From Eubacteriales bacterium (GTDB taxonomy: Bacteria > Bacillota > Clostridia > Oscillospirales > CAG-272), in contig JAZNJA010000059.1 in NCBI GenBank assembly GCA_045577755.1, forward strand, positions 1 through 61,934: a DNA stretch of 61,934 nt, written 5' to 3'. Below, in pieces: positions 9,309 through 17,392 of this stretch. The notes under the pieces are model-generated. The model had not been told where the DNA came from. It did not search any database and was given only the letters and a program-made list of their open reading frames with translations. Within the stretch, counting starts at the first letter, position 1, and each line of letters begins with the position of its first letter. Made by a program: the position numbers and the translations under genes.

Positions 9309-9476
9309 ATCCCCGCGCCGACGAAAAAATGCGAAGGATCGCCAAGCGGTTCAGCGGCGACCTCGCATCCGTCGGCGCTTGATTTTTGCGGGTTGCGACG
9401 GTCAAGTTGAGGCAGGCGTGTGCTTGTCTCGGGCGAGCGCAGCGAGCCCGACTTGTATCAAGACAAGCACACGCCT
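9309..9476. other. Structured intergenic block, candidate oriT / single-strand origin
   Basis: Long hairpin 9315-9378; perfect 16-bp IR 9414-9429/9461-9476 enclosing a tcgggc/gcccga hairpin with GAGCGCAGCGA loop. Confidence 0.5.
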
Positions 9477-9619
9477 AACAACCACGTTTGATTCCGACTC
9501 ATCCGCAATTGCATCATTTTCGCACCGGCTCACACGGTATTGTCTTTTCGTAGAGAACCAAAAACAGTTTAAGAACGGGCCTTTTGAGATATAAAATACC
9601 ATTTAGGAGATAGCGTATC

Positions 9620-10609
9620 ATGAATAACGCTGAAAAGTACAATCGCATCCGCCCGTTAAAGATCTGGGAGATCCTACAGCGCGAGACAGACGGAGATCAC
9701 CCCATGGGAACAGAGGAGCTTCGAGCCAAGCTTGCCGAGTGTGGGATCCAGGCGCATAGAACCACTATTTACGAGGACATTAAACTTCTGAACGAGTGGG
9801 GCTATGAGGTCATGGTTCATAGGGGTCGAAGCAATCAGTATTACGTGGAGGATCGACAGTTTTCCAGCCCCGAGATCCATATACTCATGGATGCGGTTCA
9901 AGCCGCCAGCTTTATCACTCACAAAAAGACCGATGAACTGGTAGATAAGATTGCTGATCTGGCCGGTAGCCAAAAGGGGCTGGTTCTGAAAAAGAACATC
10001 GTACAGTTCAACACTGCGAAAAGCACGAATGAGAATATCTACTATTCGGTGAACGAGATCGTAACGGCTATCAACAACCGACAGAAGATTATCTTCCTGT
10101 ATTTCGACTACAACGAAAAGCATGAGCGTGTGTACCGTCGAAACGGTCATCACTACGTAGTCAGTCCTGTTGCCACGGTCTTTGCAGACGGTCATTATTA
10201 TCTGGTGATATACGACAAGCGGTATAATAAGATCAGCCATTACCGTATTGACCGCATGGACAAGGTGGAGATCATTGACGAGCAAGCTGATATGCCCCCT
10301 GAGGAATTGGGCTTCGATATAGCAACACATAAGAAACAGCTATTTGGAATGTTCTCCGGAGAAGCCAAAACCGTTCATTTGGAAATGAGCCGATACTTGA
10401 TGGATGCGGTGTTTGACCTGTTTGGTGAGCAAACCGAAATCTCCCTGCATGGCGAGGATAAGATGAGTTTTTCAGCAGAGGTGCAGGTCAGCGACTTATT
10501 CTTCGGATGGTGCAGCTCCTTCGGACAGAATCTTACGATTCTTGGCCCCGAGGATATCAAGGAACGGTACACGGCGTACTTGGATAGCCTAAAGGGTCAG
10601 TATCAATAA
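9620..10609 (+). CDS. WYL-domain transcriptional regulator (wHTH-WYL-WCX)
   Basis: N-term wHTH (RTTIYEDIKLL), VSP...DGHYYLV...HYRIDRM, FGMFSGE, FFGW..SFG. Confidence 0.92.
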   Translation: MNNAEKYNRIRPLKIWEILQRETDGDHPMGTEELRAKLAECGIQAHRTTIYEDIKLLNEWGYEVMVHRGRSNQYYVEDRQFSSPEIHILMDAVQAASFITHKKTDELVDKIADLAGSQKGLVLKKNIVQFNTAKSTNENIYYSVNEIVTAINNRQKIIFLYFDYNEKHERVYRRNGHHYVVSPVATVFADGHYYLVIYDKRYNKISHYRIDRMDKVEIIDEQADMPPEELGFDIATHKKQLFGMFSGEAKTVHLEMSRYLMDAVFDLFGEQTEISLHGEDKMSFSAEVQVSDLFFGWCSSFGQNLTILGPEDIKERYTAYLDSLKGQYQ

Positions 10610-10649
10610 AAAAGGGGAGCTTTTGCCAGCCCCCCGAAACGGTATTCAG

Positions 10650-10898
10650 TTAGTCCGTATATTGACACATTTCTTCTAATCGCTTCTGATAATCTCTCTC
10701 CGCCTCCTCCCTCTCCTTGAAGTAATGCCCCCAAGCCCATGAATAAAAGCCGTTGGCCTCTTTTGACGTGTTCCGCGCGGTGATGTACATCCCATCGCTG
10801 ACACGCTGAAAGAGGCCGACGTTTCTGTTTCCGAGGGCATAGAAAGCAAGGCAGATGAGCTTCATGCTGCTGTTTTCAAATTCCAATCCGGGCTTCAT
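10650..10898 (-). CDS. Small hypothetical protein
   Basis: ATG 10898 with GGAGG RBS; WAWGHYF motif; coupled to the upstream gene. Confidence 0.7.
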   Translation of the reverse strand: MKPGLEFENSSMKLICLAFYALGNRNVGLFQRVSDGMYITARNTSKEANGFYSWAWGHYFKEREEAERDYQKRLEEMCQYTD

Positions 10899-11221
10899 CC
10901 GACCACCTCCTGTCTGCTTGGAACGTATCTCCTCCCGCAAACTTCAATGGCACGGTATGTCTTCCCCTCTAAGGTTACGGTAGTTTTCGTAGGCTGACCT
11001 CTCTGCGCTGACTGAATGTACAGGTATTCGGGATGCTCCTTAGCCCGCTTCATGTTGCCGTCGAGAAATTTGTCCTCGTTGGAGACCTCCAAGACCTTCA
11101 CGCCTTTGCCCACGAGATAGGAGCTGAACTCCCAGAGCTTTTCAAACTTGCCGTGGCAATCCACGATGAAGCAATAATCTTCCGTTGGGTGATATGCGGT
11201 AATTCTAAAGTAATTTGCCAT
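10895..11221 (-). CDS. Small hypothetical protein
   Basis: ATG 11221 after AAAGGAG; operonic. Confidence 0.7.
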   Translation of the reverse strand: MANYFRITAYHPTEDYCFIVDCHGKFEKLWEFSSYLVGKGVKVLEVSNEDKFLDGNMKRAKEHPEYLYIQSAQRGQPTKTTVTLEGKTYRAIEVCGRRYVPSRQEVVG

Positions 11222-11235
11222 GTCATTTTCTCCTT

Positions 11236-12549
11236 TCATGCGGCAATCTGTTTCAACGTGCGGTTTGCATACGGCAGCCACACCTTATTGACGTAATGCA
11301 GAATATCCTCTGCGGGCTTGGTGTTGTGGTCGGCGTAGCACTGCAAGACCTTCTTTTGGGATAGTGAGTATTCCACCGTGACCAACGGCGTCTCCTGCGT
11401 GTCCTTGGCTCGGATGAAGAAAATGAGGGTTTCTTCGCGGATGAACTTCTGCTCATAACCCATACCGCCCACACAATGATGTAAAAGCTCACCTTCGATC
11501 TTCAGATCGGCGGGACTCCTTGCGATAATGGCCACAAACCCGCTCCGCTTGTTGTGTTGCATGGGTAGGTATTTCTCGGCAACAGAGGCAAACTTCGCGT
11601 ACAGCTCCGCCCGCTCCTCCTGATCCTTCAACGCTTTGGCGGTTTTGTACTCATCCACTCGGATATCGTGCCAGCGCATGAAGTCGCGCGGGTAGCGGTT
11701 CTTGTCAACCGTCATATCTAAGCCGAGGAAGTTACAGGCCTTGAGATAGTCAAGATATACCCGAGCGCTGATTTGCTGTTTGGCCACATATTCAAAGAAC
11801 GGCTTATAATCACCGTCCAGCATATCACGGATCGGCTTGTAGTCCCGTTCGCGGCAGAATGTCTTTTTGACTTCCTCATACGCCTGCGTTTCGAGCAAAG
11901 ACGTACCGCGACGATAGGCCGAGAGGATGGTGGATATGTAGAAGTACCGCCCTGCAAGCACCTGACGGTTGCTCCAGAGCCACTTCCGAAACTGCTTATC
12001 CTTCGCCACCTTAGTCAAGATCTGCTTACTGAACACATACTTCTGTAAGCCCATTTTCATCAGGTACTCAGCCTGCGGGTGCTGCTCATAGTTACGGAGA
12101 AATTTAAGAATATCCGCTTCATCGTACAGTTCCCAAGCGGAGTATTGGTATTCCGAGAATTTCGCCAAATACTCCTTGTTGACGAGGGGCGCATGGGGAT
12201 CAAAACCGGAGTCATAGTACCAACCCCATTCGTCATCCTCATACCACTTTTGTGTCCTGTTCAATCCTTCGGCGTACCAACCGACACTGTAGCCACCAAT
12301 GTATGTAAAGCACATATCTTTGACGAAACAGCGGTCAGAGTGGATGCCGTGGACAGCAACCTGCTTATAGTGCCAGTTCTTATAACGGTGACGGACAGCC
12401 ACCGTAACCTTGACGAGCTCACCGTCATTTTTGGTGAGATAGGAGTAAAAGCGGGTGTTTCCGTGGGGCTCGGGATAGCGGATGGCATCCCGCTTGCGAA
12501 TCTTTTCAACAATGTATTTCGGGATCGGCTTGATCTTTTCTATTTTCAT
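11236..12549 (-). CDS. PcfJ-domain protein
   Basis: YLDYLK..LGLD...YPRDF..WHD, DL..EG..LHHCVG, IFFIR, P.VTVE, VLQCYA..N. Confidence 0.88.
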   Translation of the reverse strand: MKIEKIKPIPKYIVEKIRKRDAIRYPEPHGNTRFYSYLTKNDGELVKVTVAVRHRYKNWHYKQVAVHGIHSDRCFVKDMCFTYIGGYSVGWYAEGLNRTQKWYEDDEWGWYYDSGFDPHAPLVNKEYLAKFSEYQYSAWELYDEADILKFLRNYEQHPQAEYLMKMGLQKYVFSKQILTKVAKDKQFRKWLWSNRQVLAGRYFYISTILSAYRRGTSLLETQAYEEVKKTFCRERDYKPIRDMLDGDYKPFFEYVAKQQISARVYLDYLKACNFLGLDMTVDKNRYPRDFMRWHDIRVDEYKTAKALKDQEERAELYAKFASVAEKYLPMQHNKRSGFVAIIARSPADLKIEGELLHHCVGGMGYEQKFIREETLIFFIRAKDTQETPLVTVEYSLSQKKVLQCYADHNTKPAEDILHYVNKVWLPYANRTLKQIAA

Positions 12550-12559
12550 GACGTTTACC

Positions 12560-13585
12560 TCACTTCACAATTTCAACTTTCTGGTCGAGCAGAAGATATA
12601 TCTTATACATCAGCTCGGTATCGGCGTAGGGATCGGGATCTTCATCCGACTCTATCACCTCTCCCGTGGTGGTGTCTACCGCCAGGCCTTCGACCGGTTG
12701 ATATTTCGGTAATACCCGCTTTTCTGCCTCGTTCTCAATGACCACCACGTTTGTAAAGCCTCGCAGCTTCTCCGTGTAGGTATCCGCTTTGTGGTACGGG
12801 AAACCGACCATTGGCATCCGCTCGGGCAGACCGAAATCGCGACTCACTACGGTCAGCTCCAAGGGCTTGGAAACGGTCTCGGCTGACTCTCCGAATATCT
12901 CGTAAAAGTCCCCGATACGCATGACGATTGTAGCATCCGGATGTTCCTGTTGATACCCTTGATAGCGAGTCCACAGAGGCGAAATTACGGGCTTTTTAGG
13001 CTCTTTTACCTCCACGGTGGGCACTTGCTCCACCTCGGGCTCCTTGTCCTCTACGGGGCTTTCAGGAGCCTCTACCAAGGGCTCTATAGGGGCATCTTCC
13101 ACGTCATATTCGTCAGCCTCGGTGGTTACTTCTACCTCCGTCTCCGGCTCGTCGAACAGGTCGAACATGGACATTTGACCTGCCTTGGGCTGAGGCTTGG
13201 GAGCAGGAGCCGTAGGTGTATCGGTTGCTGTTGCGGTGGCTGTTTTCTTGGGTGCAGCCGGCTTAGGAGCTTTGTACTCCGTTCCATCCTCGTTGTAGAG
13301 TGTACCGAGGATGCTGTCTTCCTCAAAGTAGTAGATCGCCCACCCGAACACGATATCACTGTGCAGACACGCGCTTGTCGCGCCCTTGACCGCCTGCTTT
13401 CGTGCCTCTTCGGTAGCGTATTTCATAAAGCCCGCAAGTGTCTTGCGGCTCACGAGTATCTTGCCGTCCTTCTCGACGGGTACGCCGTTGTTGATTTTAT
13501 CGGCCAACACCTCGCTGGCGTTATGTTCAAGGTATTCCTTCAACACCTTTTCTTCGGTTGTCGTTGCGGTGAGATGTAACGTCAT
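12560..13585 (-). CDS. PcfK-like (AcrIIA9 family) domain + low-complexity linker + MutS domain I
   Basis: KTLAGFMKYA..EARK...VFGWAIYYFEED; QMSMFDLF; HPDATIVMRIGDFYEIFG...PMVGFPYH. Confidence 0.8.
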   Translation of the reverse strand: MTLHLTATTTEEKVLKEYLEHNASEVLADKINNGVPVEKDGKILVSRKTLAGFMKYATEEARKQAVKGATSACLHSDIVFGWAIYYFEEDSILGTLYNEDGTEYKAPKPAAPKKTATATATDTPTAPAPKPQPKAGQMSMFDLFDEPETEVEVTTEADEYDVEDAPIEPLVEAPESPVEDKEPEVEQVPTVEVKEPKKPVISPLWTRYQGYQQEHPDATIVMRIGDFYEIFGESAETVSKPLELTVVSRDFGLPERMPMVGFPYHKADTYTEKLRGFTNVVVIENEAEKRVLPKYQPVEGLAVDTTTGEVIESDEDPDPYADTELMYKIYLLLDQKVEIVK

Positions 13586-13619
13586 GTGTTTATCCTCCTT
13601 GTGATTTATTTTGATGTAT

Positions 13620-13653
13620 AAAAGAAAAAGGACCCCTTATCAAAAGGGATCCT
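13620..13653 (-). terminator. Probable intrinsic terminator splitting the leading operon
   Basis: Minus strand ggatcccttt-tgat-aaggggtcc followed by a T-run. Confidence 0.5.
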
Positions 13654-13885
13654 CATGCCAGATACCGTCCCGCACCTCGGAGTGCTTGATCGGTATTATG
13701 ACCCATTTCGGGTTCTTTAGGATATGCCCGTCCTCCCGCGCTCGGGGAGGATAGCGGATGTAACCCGCCTTGGCCTTGACGGCCTGTCTGTAGGTGTAGG
13801 TCTTGAAGTGGCTTGTGTAGTCCTTCGCGCCATCCTCCTTGTAACAGACCTTGTAGCCATACGGATTGTTCATTTCAATCTTCAT
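13640..13885 (-). CDS. Small basic hypothetical protein
   Basis: Likely start MKIEMNNPYGYKV at 13885, right after the upstream stop. Confidence 0.7.
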   Translation of the reverse strand: MKIEMNNPYGYKVCYKEDGAKDYTSHFKTYTYRQAVKAKAGYIRYPPRAREDGHILKNPKWVIIPIKHSEVRDGIWHEDPF

Positions 13886-13886
13886 G

Positions 13887-14417
13887 TCACACCCCGTATA
13901 GACGGTTTGCCAATCGAGGCAAAGCTGAGTAAAAGTTATTCTGCATGATAGTCGTGTGGAGCTGACGGTCATGGGCAAAATAGTTGCGATCCGCGAACTC
14001 ATAGCCCTTTTTGGTCAGCCGCTTCAGCTCGTAATGATCCGAGCCATCGTGATGGTAGCCATCGATGTAGAAATGACCGTTTTCCTCGTAGAGCTTCACT
14101 TTGTCGAGGTGGCGGATACAGGTCAGCAGATCGTCGGTACTGTTGATGAACTTGCCGCCCTGCGCGGGGCCGCACCATCTGACGCACGTTCCGGTCAAGA
14201 GGTAGCAGTCCTCCTTGAACACCCGTCCGAGGTCGTGAAGCAGCTTCCGCCAGTCGGCGTTGTTCTGCTCGCTGATCTCATCGTACACCCAATTATCTGG
14301 CACGTCATCGGGAGTTTCCCAACCGTTGTCCTCGCCGTGGAGGTCGAACAGGTAAGCACGCACGTCATCGAAAGCCTCATAATCGGCCGTGTCGTCGTAG
14401 AAAATGTAGGATTTCAT
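13887..14417 (-). CDS. Hypothetical protein
   Basis: AAGGAGG RBS; acidic N-half; HHDG motif. Confidence 0.75.
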   Translation of the reverse strand: MKSYIFYDDTADYEAFDDVRAYLFDLHGEDNGWETPDDVPDNWVYDEISEQNNADWRKLLHDLGRVFKEDCYLLTGTCVRWCGPAQGGKFINSTDDLLTCIRHLDKVKLYEENGHFYIDGYHHDGSDHYELKRLTKKGYEFADRNYFAHDRQLHTTIMQNNFYSALPRLANRLYGV

Positions 14418-14429
14418 GTCACACCTCCT

Positions 14430-14687
14430 TTAACCCTCAAATTCTTCCTGCAAGGCACCAAGCACCTCATCCTCAATGTCCAGATCGTCCAGCTGCTCGT
14501 CGATCATATCCCCGATGAGCTCGGCTACCATAGGCTCAAAGTCAATGTCCTTGATCCTCTGGCTGATCTTCTGCGAGACCATCTCCTCAATGTCGATGCT
14601 CTCCATGGCGGTTGAAATGGCGTCCTCGAAGTCAAAGTGGCGAATCGCGCTCTTGATCTGATCGCGGATATCGTTCTTGATACTCAT
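14430..14687 (-). CDS. Small highly acidic protein
   Basis: AAGGAGG RBS; about 25 of 85 residues are D/E. Confidence 0.75.
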   Translation of the reverse strand: MSIKNDIRDQIKSAIRHFDFEDAISTAMESIDIEEMVSQKISQRIKDIDFEPMVAELIGDMIDEQLDDLDIEDEVLGALQEEFEG

Positions 14688-14689
14688 GG

Positions 14690-14890
14690 TTAATCCTCCT
14701 TGATGATGCCGTACTTATCGTCGGCGTAGTAAGCGTTTGAAAACCAGTTGAAAATGGCGGTACATTTCACGCCCTTGTAGTCCACGATGTAGACCACGTG
14801 GTCGGCCTCCTGCCGGCTGTCCAGAACGGTGATTTCATCCATAGCCCCGCCGAGGGAATGGATATGGGCCATTGCCTTAAAACTCTTCAT
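14690..14890 (-). CDS. Small hypothetical protein
   Basis: Likely start MKSFKAMAH at 14890; operonic packing. Confidence 0.7.
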   Translation of the reverse strand: MKSFKAMAHIHSLGGAMDEITVLDSRQEADHVVYIVDYKGVKCTAIFNWFSNAYYADDKYGIIKED

Positions 14891-15173
14891 AGTCGTCATC
14901 CTCCCCGTCATCACAGTAATCAATGAGATCGAAGGTCAAGGTCAGAGGAGTCGGATCCTCCAACGTTCCCATGCTGTAGTCGTAATCGTAGTAGTCGGCG
15001 GGAGCCTTATGGATTGCCTCCAGGATGTGCATGGCCAGATACAGGTGATCCTCCTGAATCATGTGGATGGCAAAGTCCTTCAGACTCTCATAGGTGGTGA
15101 TGATGTCGGTCTCCCCGGCCAGCTTCTCGCAAGCGTCGTTGAAGTCCATGGTGTACAGCTCTTTTACTTTCAT
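14877..15173 (-). CDS. Small acidic hypothetical protein
   Basis: AAGGAGG RBS; acidic tail DDGEDDDYEEF. Confidence 0.75.
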   Translation of the reverse strand: MKVKELYTMDFNDACEKLAGETDIITTYESLKDFAIHMIQEDHLYLAMHILEAIHKAPADYYDYDYSMGTLEDPTPLTLTFDLIDYCDDGEDDDYEEF

Positions 15174-15187
15174 TTTAGTGAACCTCC

Positions 15188-15472
15188 TTACAGTTCAAAA
15201 ATTTTCGTGTCATCGGCCAATGCCTCGATAGCCAAGCGCATACCGAGGCGGAAGCCATAGATAAAAGAATCGCGCTCGCAAAATCCGGAGATCTCGTCAG
15301 CGCTGCCTTCGTATTTTTCCAGAAGCTCCTTCTGCTCGTCGTTGAGAGTCGCCACCAACGCGGCGCGGTTTCGCTTGCTCAACTCGGTCAGATTGCGGAT
15401 TGGGGAGTAGTCCCTTTTATGCTCATGGGGAATGACGTTTCCGTACCACAGTTCGGTCAAGGTCTTATTCAT
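15188..15472 (-). CDS. DUF6809-like protein
   Basis: L.ELWYGN..P.E and F..GFRLG motifs. Confidence 0.7.
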   Translation of the reverse strand: MNKTLTELWYGNVIPHEHKRDYSPIRNLTELSKRNRAALVATLNDEQKELLEKYEGSADEISGFCERDSFIYGFRLGMRLAIEALADDTKIFEL

Positions 15473-15717
15473 GCCTTGTACTCCTCAAGATACTTCTTGT
15501 ACGCGGTGTCCTGCTCCAAGACCTGCATGATCTCGGGCATCATTTCTTCTTTTGACCTGCCCACGCAGCAAAGCATGAGCAGGTTGGTGTTGGAGCCAAA
15601 GAGCCGGCGGAAGGCATAGTCGCAAATCTTGGCTATGTCGTCGTCCTTATGCTCGCTGGTCTGGTTGATGCACAGAATAGCGGTTAAGATGGCTTGGACT
15701 TCTTTCGTGTTCTTCAT
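15469..15717 (-). CDS. Small hypothetical protein
   Basis: GGAGGTGA RBS; ATGA overlap with the next gene. Confidence 0.7.
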   Translation of the reverse strand: MKNTKEVQAILTAILCINQTSEHKDDDIAKICDYAFRRLFGSNTNLLMLCCVGRSKEEMMPEIMQVLEQDTAYKKYLEEYKA

Positions 15718-15721
15718 GGTA

Positions 15722-16285
15722 TCACCTCCGGATCTCGATCAAGCCCTCGGAGTATTCCTCAATACCGTCGTACTGGAAGGACTCGCCATAGGCCTCAAAA
15801 TCAAAAAAGTCCAACAGACTGTCGGGTATCTCGTATCCGCAGCAGTTGAACATCTCACGACCGTAATCATCCCAGCCGTAATTCTTGTAAATGTAGATAT
15901 CGTCGTCCCAGTCTGCGCCGTAACGGTCTACGAGTTCCTCAAACTCACGAAAACCGCGCACTTCCAGGAACGCCATAAGGGTGTCATATTTGCCGGAATC
16001 GTCCAGCACCTCGGCCTCATGCAGGATCTCAAAGAGTCGCTGGGGGTGAGTATAGTCCCAGTTCGTCGCATCGGACGGGAAGTTGTCAATGTCCTGAATG
16101 AACAACTCCTCGTCAATACCGTCAAGCTCAAAGCCCTGACGCTCCAATTCTTCCACGATCTCGTCCCAGTCTCCATAGTCGGCCAAGTCAAGCCAACGGG
16201 ATCCCAAAGCTCGCTCGTTGCACTCGTTGTAAGAACCCCAAGAGCCGATGACGATTCTGATTTCATTGCTGTATGTATTAGTCAT
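15722..16285 (-). CDS. ardA: Antirestriction protein ArdA family
   Basis: SYNE....GSRWLDL, EELFIQD, very acidic, FFDFEAYG C-terminal motif. Confidence 0.8.
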   Translation of the reverse strand: MTNTYSNEIRIVIGSWGSYNECNERALGSRWLDLADYGDWDEIVEELERQGFELDGIDEELFIQDIDNFPSDATNWDYTHPQRLFEILHEAEVLDDSGKYDTLMAFLEVRGFREFEELVDRYGADWDDDIYIYKNYGWDDYGREMFNCCGYEIPDSLLDFFDFEAYGESFQYDGIEEYSEGLIEIRR

Positions 16286-16421
16286 TGTTACTACCTCCTT
16301 CGATGGCGCGTCTTTCGCTGATCATATCCTCGACTTCTTCCTAGAGAGCCAGAAGGTCGATGATGGGCTTCTTCTCGGTGGACTCATTCTTGTTGATGTC
16401 GTTCATGATCTGGTCCTTCAT
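16278..16421 (-). pseudogene. 47-codon ORF interrupted by in-frame TAG at 16341-16343
   Basis: MKDQIMNDINKNESTEKKPIIDLLAL*EEVEDMISERRAIEGGSNND; exactly fills the gap between coupled neighbours. Confidence 0.5.
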
Positions 16422-16654
16422 TCCGACACCTCCTTGAAATCATCCACAGCTAGCTTGGTGAAATCGCAACCGTACTCGAAGTAGTAACCCTTCTCGTCGG
16501 ACAGCAGGGGGTAGGTAACGACGCTGATCTTACCCTCTCGGGTGATCGCCACGCTGATCTCATTCTTCAGCTCATTCAGATCGACGATGTTGAAGGTGAC
16601 GTAGCACTCACCGTCGTGATATTTGAACTCATGCATATAGAATCGATTTTTCAT
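16418..16654 (-). CDS. Small hypothetical protein
   Basis: Start MKNRFYMHEF at 16654 after AAAGGAG. Confidence 0.7.
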   Translation of the reverse strand: MKNRFYMHEFKYHDGECYVTFNIVDLNELKNEISVAITREGKISVVTYPLLSDEKGYYFEYGCDFTKLAVDDFKEVSE

Positions 16655-16670
16655 TTCGGTATCTCCTTTC

Positions 16671-16970
16671 TCAATCCACGAATTTGTACCAGACGTAGTA
16701 GTTGAACTCAAGTTCACGGGTCTCGTAACTGTCTTTACCCGTGTCCAGCTGGACTTCGCGGATCTCGTAGTAGGTACCTCTGAATTCACCGGGCTTGTTC
16801 GGGATAGGATTGCACTTTTGGACGCAACCGTCGAACACGCGGATGTAGGGCTTACCTGCTTGACTGACACAAGCGATGACGAGATCGGTATCCGTGACAT
16901 AACCGAGACCTGTTATCTTCTCGGTCGTATCTTTTCGATACCTTGTGATGGAGTAGACTACTTTTTTCAT
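16671..16970 (-). CDS. Hypothetical protein, first gene of the leading operon
   Basis: AGGAGG RBS; 99 aa, beta-rich. Confidence 0.75.
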   Translation of the reverse strand: MKKVVYSITRYRKDTTEKITGLGYVTDTDLVIACVSQAGKPYIRVFDGCVQKCNPIPNKPGEFRGTYYEIREVQLDTGKDSYETRELEFNYYVWYKFVD

Positions 16971-16981
16971 TTTGGATTACC

Positions 16982-17251
16982 TCCTGATTTTTTATTTTGC
17001 CTTTCGGCAGAACCAGGGGAGCACCGTTCGGGTGAAGTCGTGTCCATCACGAATGCTGAATGAATCTGTCAACGCGAGGTACAGTCCCTTGCGAATACAA
17101 GAAAAAATATTGCATATGGATACAGAAAAGGCCAAGTATTGCTACCTGGCCTTTTTGCTATGATTTCATTTTTCAGCGATATTTTTTCACGTTGACTGAT
17201 TCGAGAACTGTGCTAAACTGGTGACGACGAAAGGCGAAAAAATCGGGATTG
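16982..17251. promoter_or_regulatory. Candidate Frpo-type single-stranded-DNA promoter
   Basis: Imperfect long IR (16982-17065 vs 17160-17248). TTGACT 17192-97 and TG-C-TAAACT 17214-19 lie on the 3' arm, with the -10 unpaired. Confidence 0.7.
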
Positions 17252-17392
17252 ATATTTTTTATATTTGTGTTTACTTATCAAACAAGATATGGTATAATAT
17301 TGCCGTTGAAAAAGCATTGTTTGAGTTTTACTTGACGCATAAAAGATGATCAAGATGATATCTCAATTGTTAAATAATGAGGAGGAGAACAT

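Noticed and set aside
16341..16343. TAG recoding (alternative genetic code) in the element
   Set aside because: Only one interrupted ORF and no suppressor tRNA; other genes are intact under the standard code
17040..17072. Ordinary dsDNA promoter for the ArdA operon (minus-strand TTGACA at 17067-72)
   Set aside because: The position 17 bp downstream reads TGATGG, a poor -10; weak activity cannot be fully excluded
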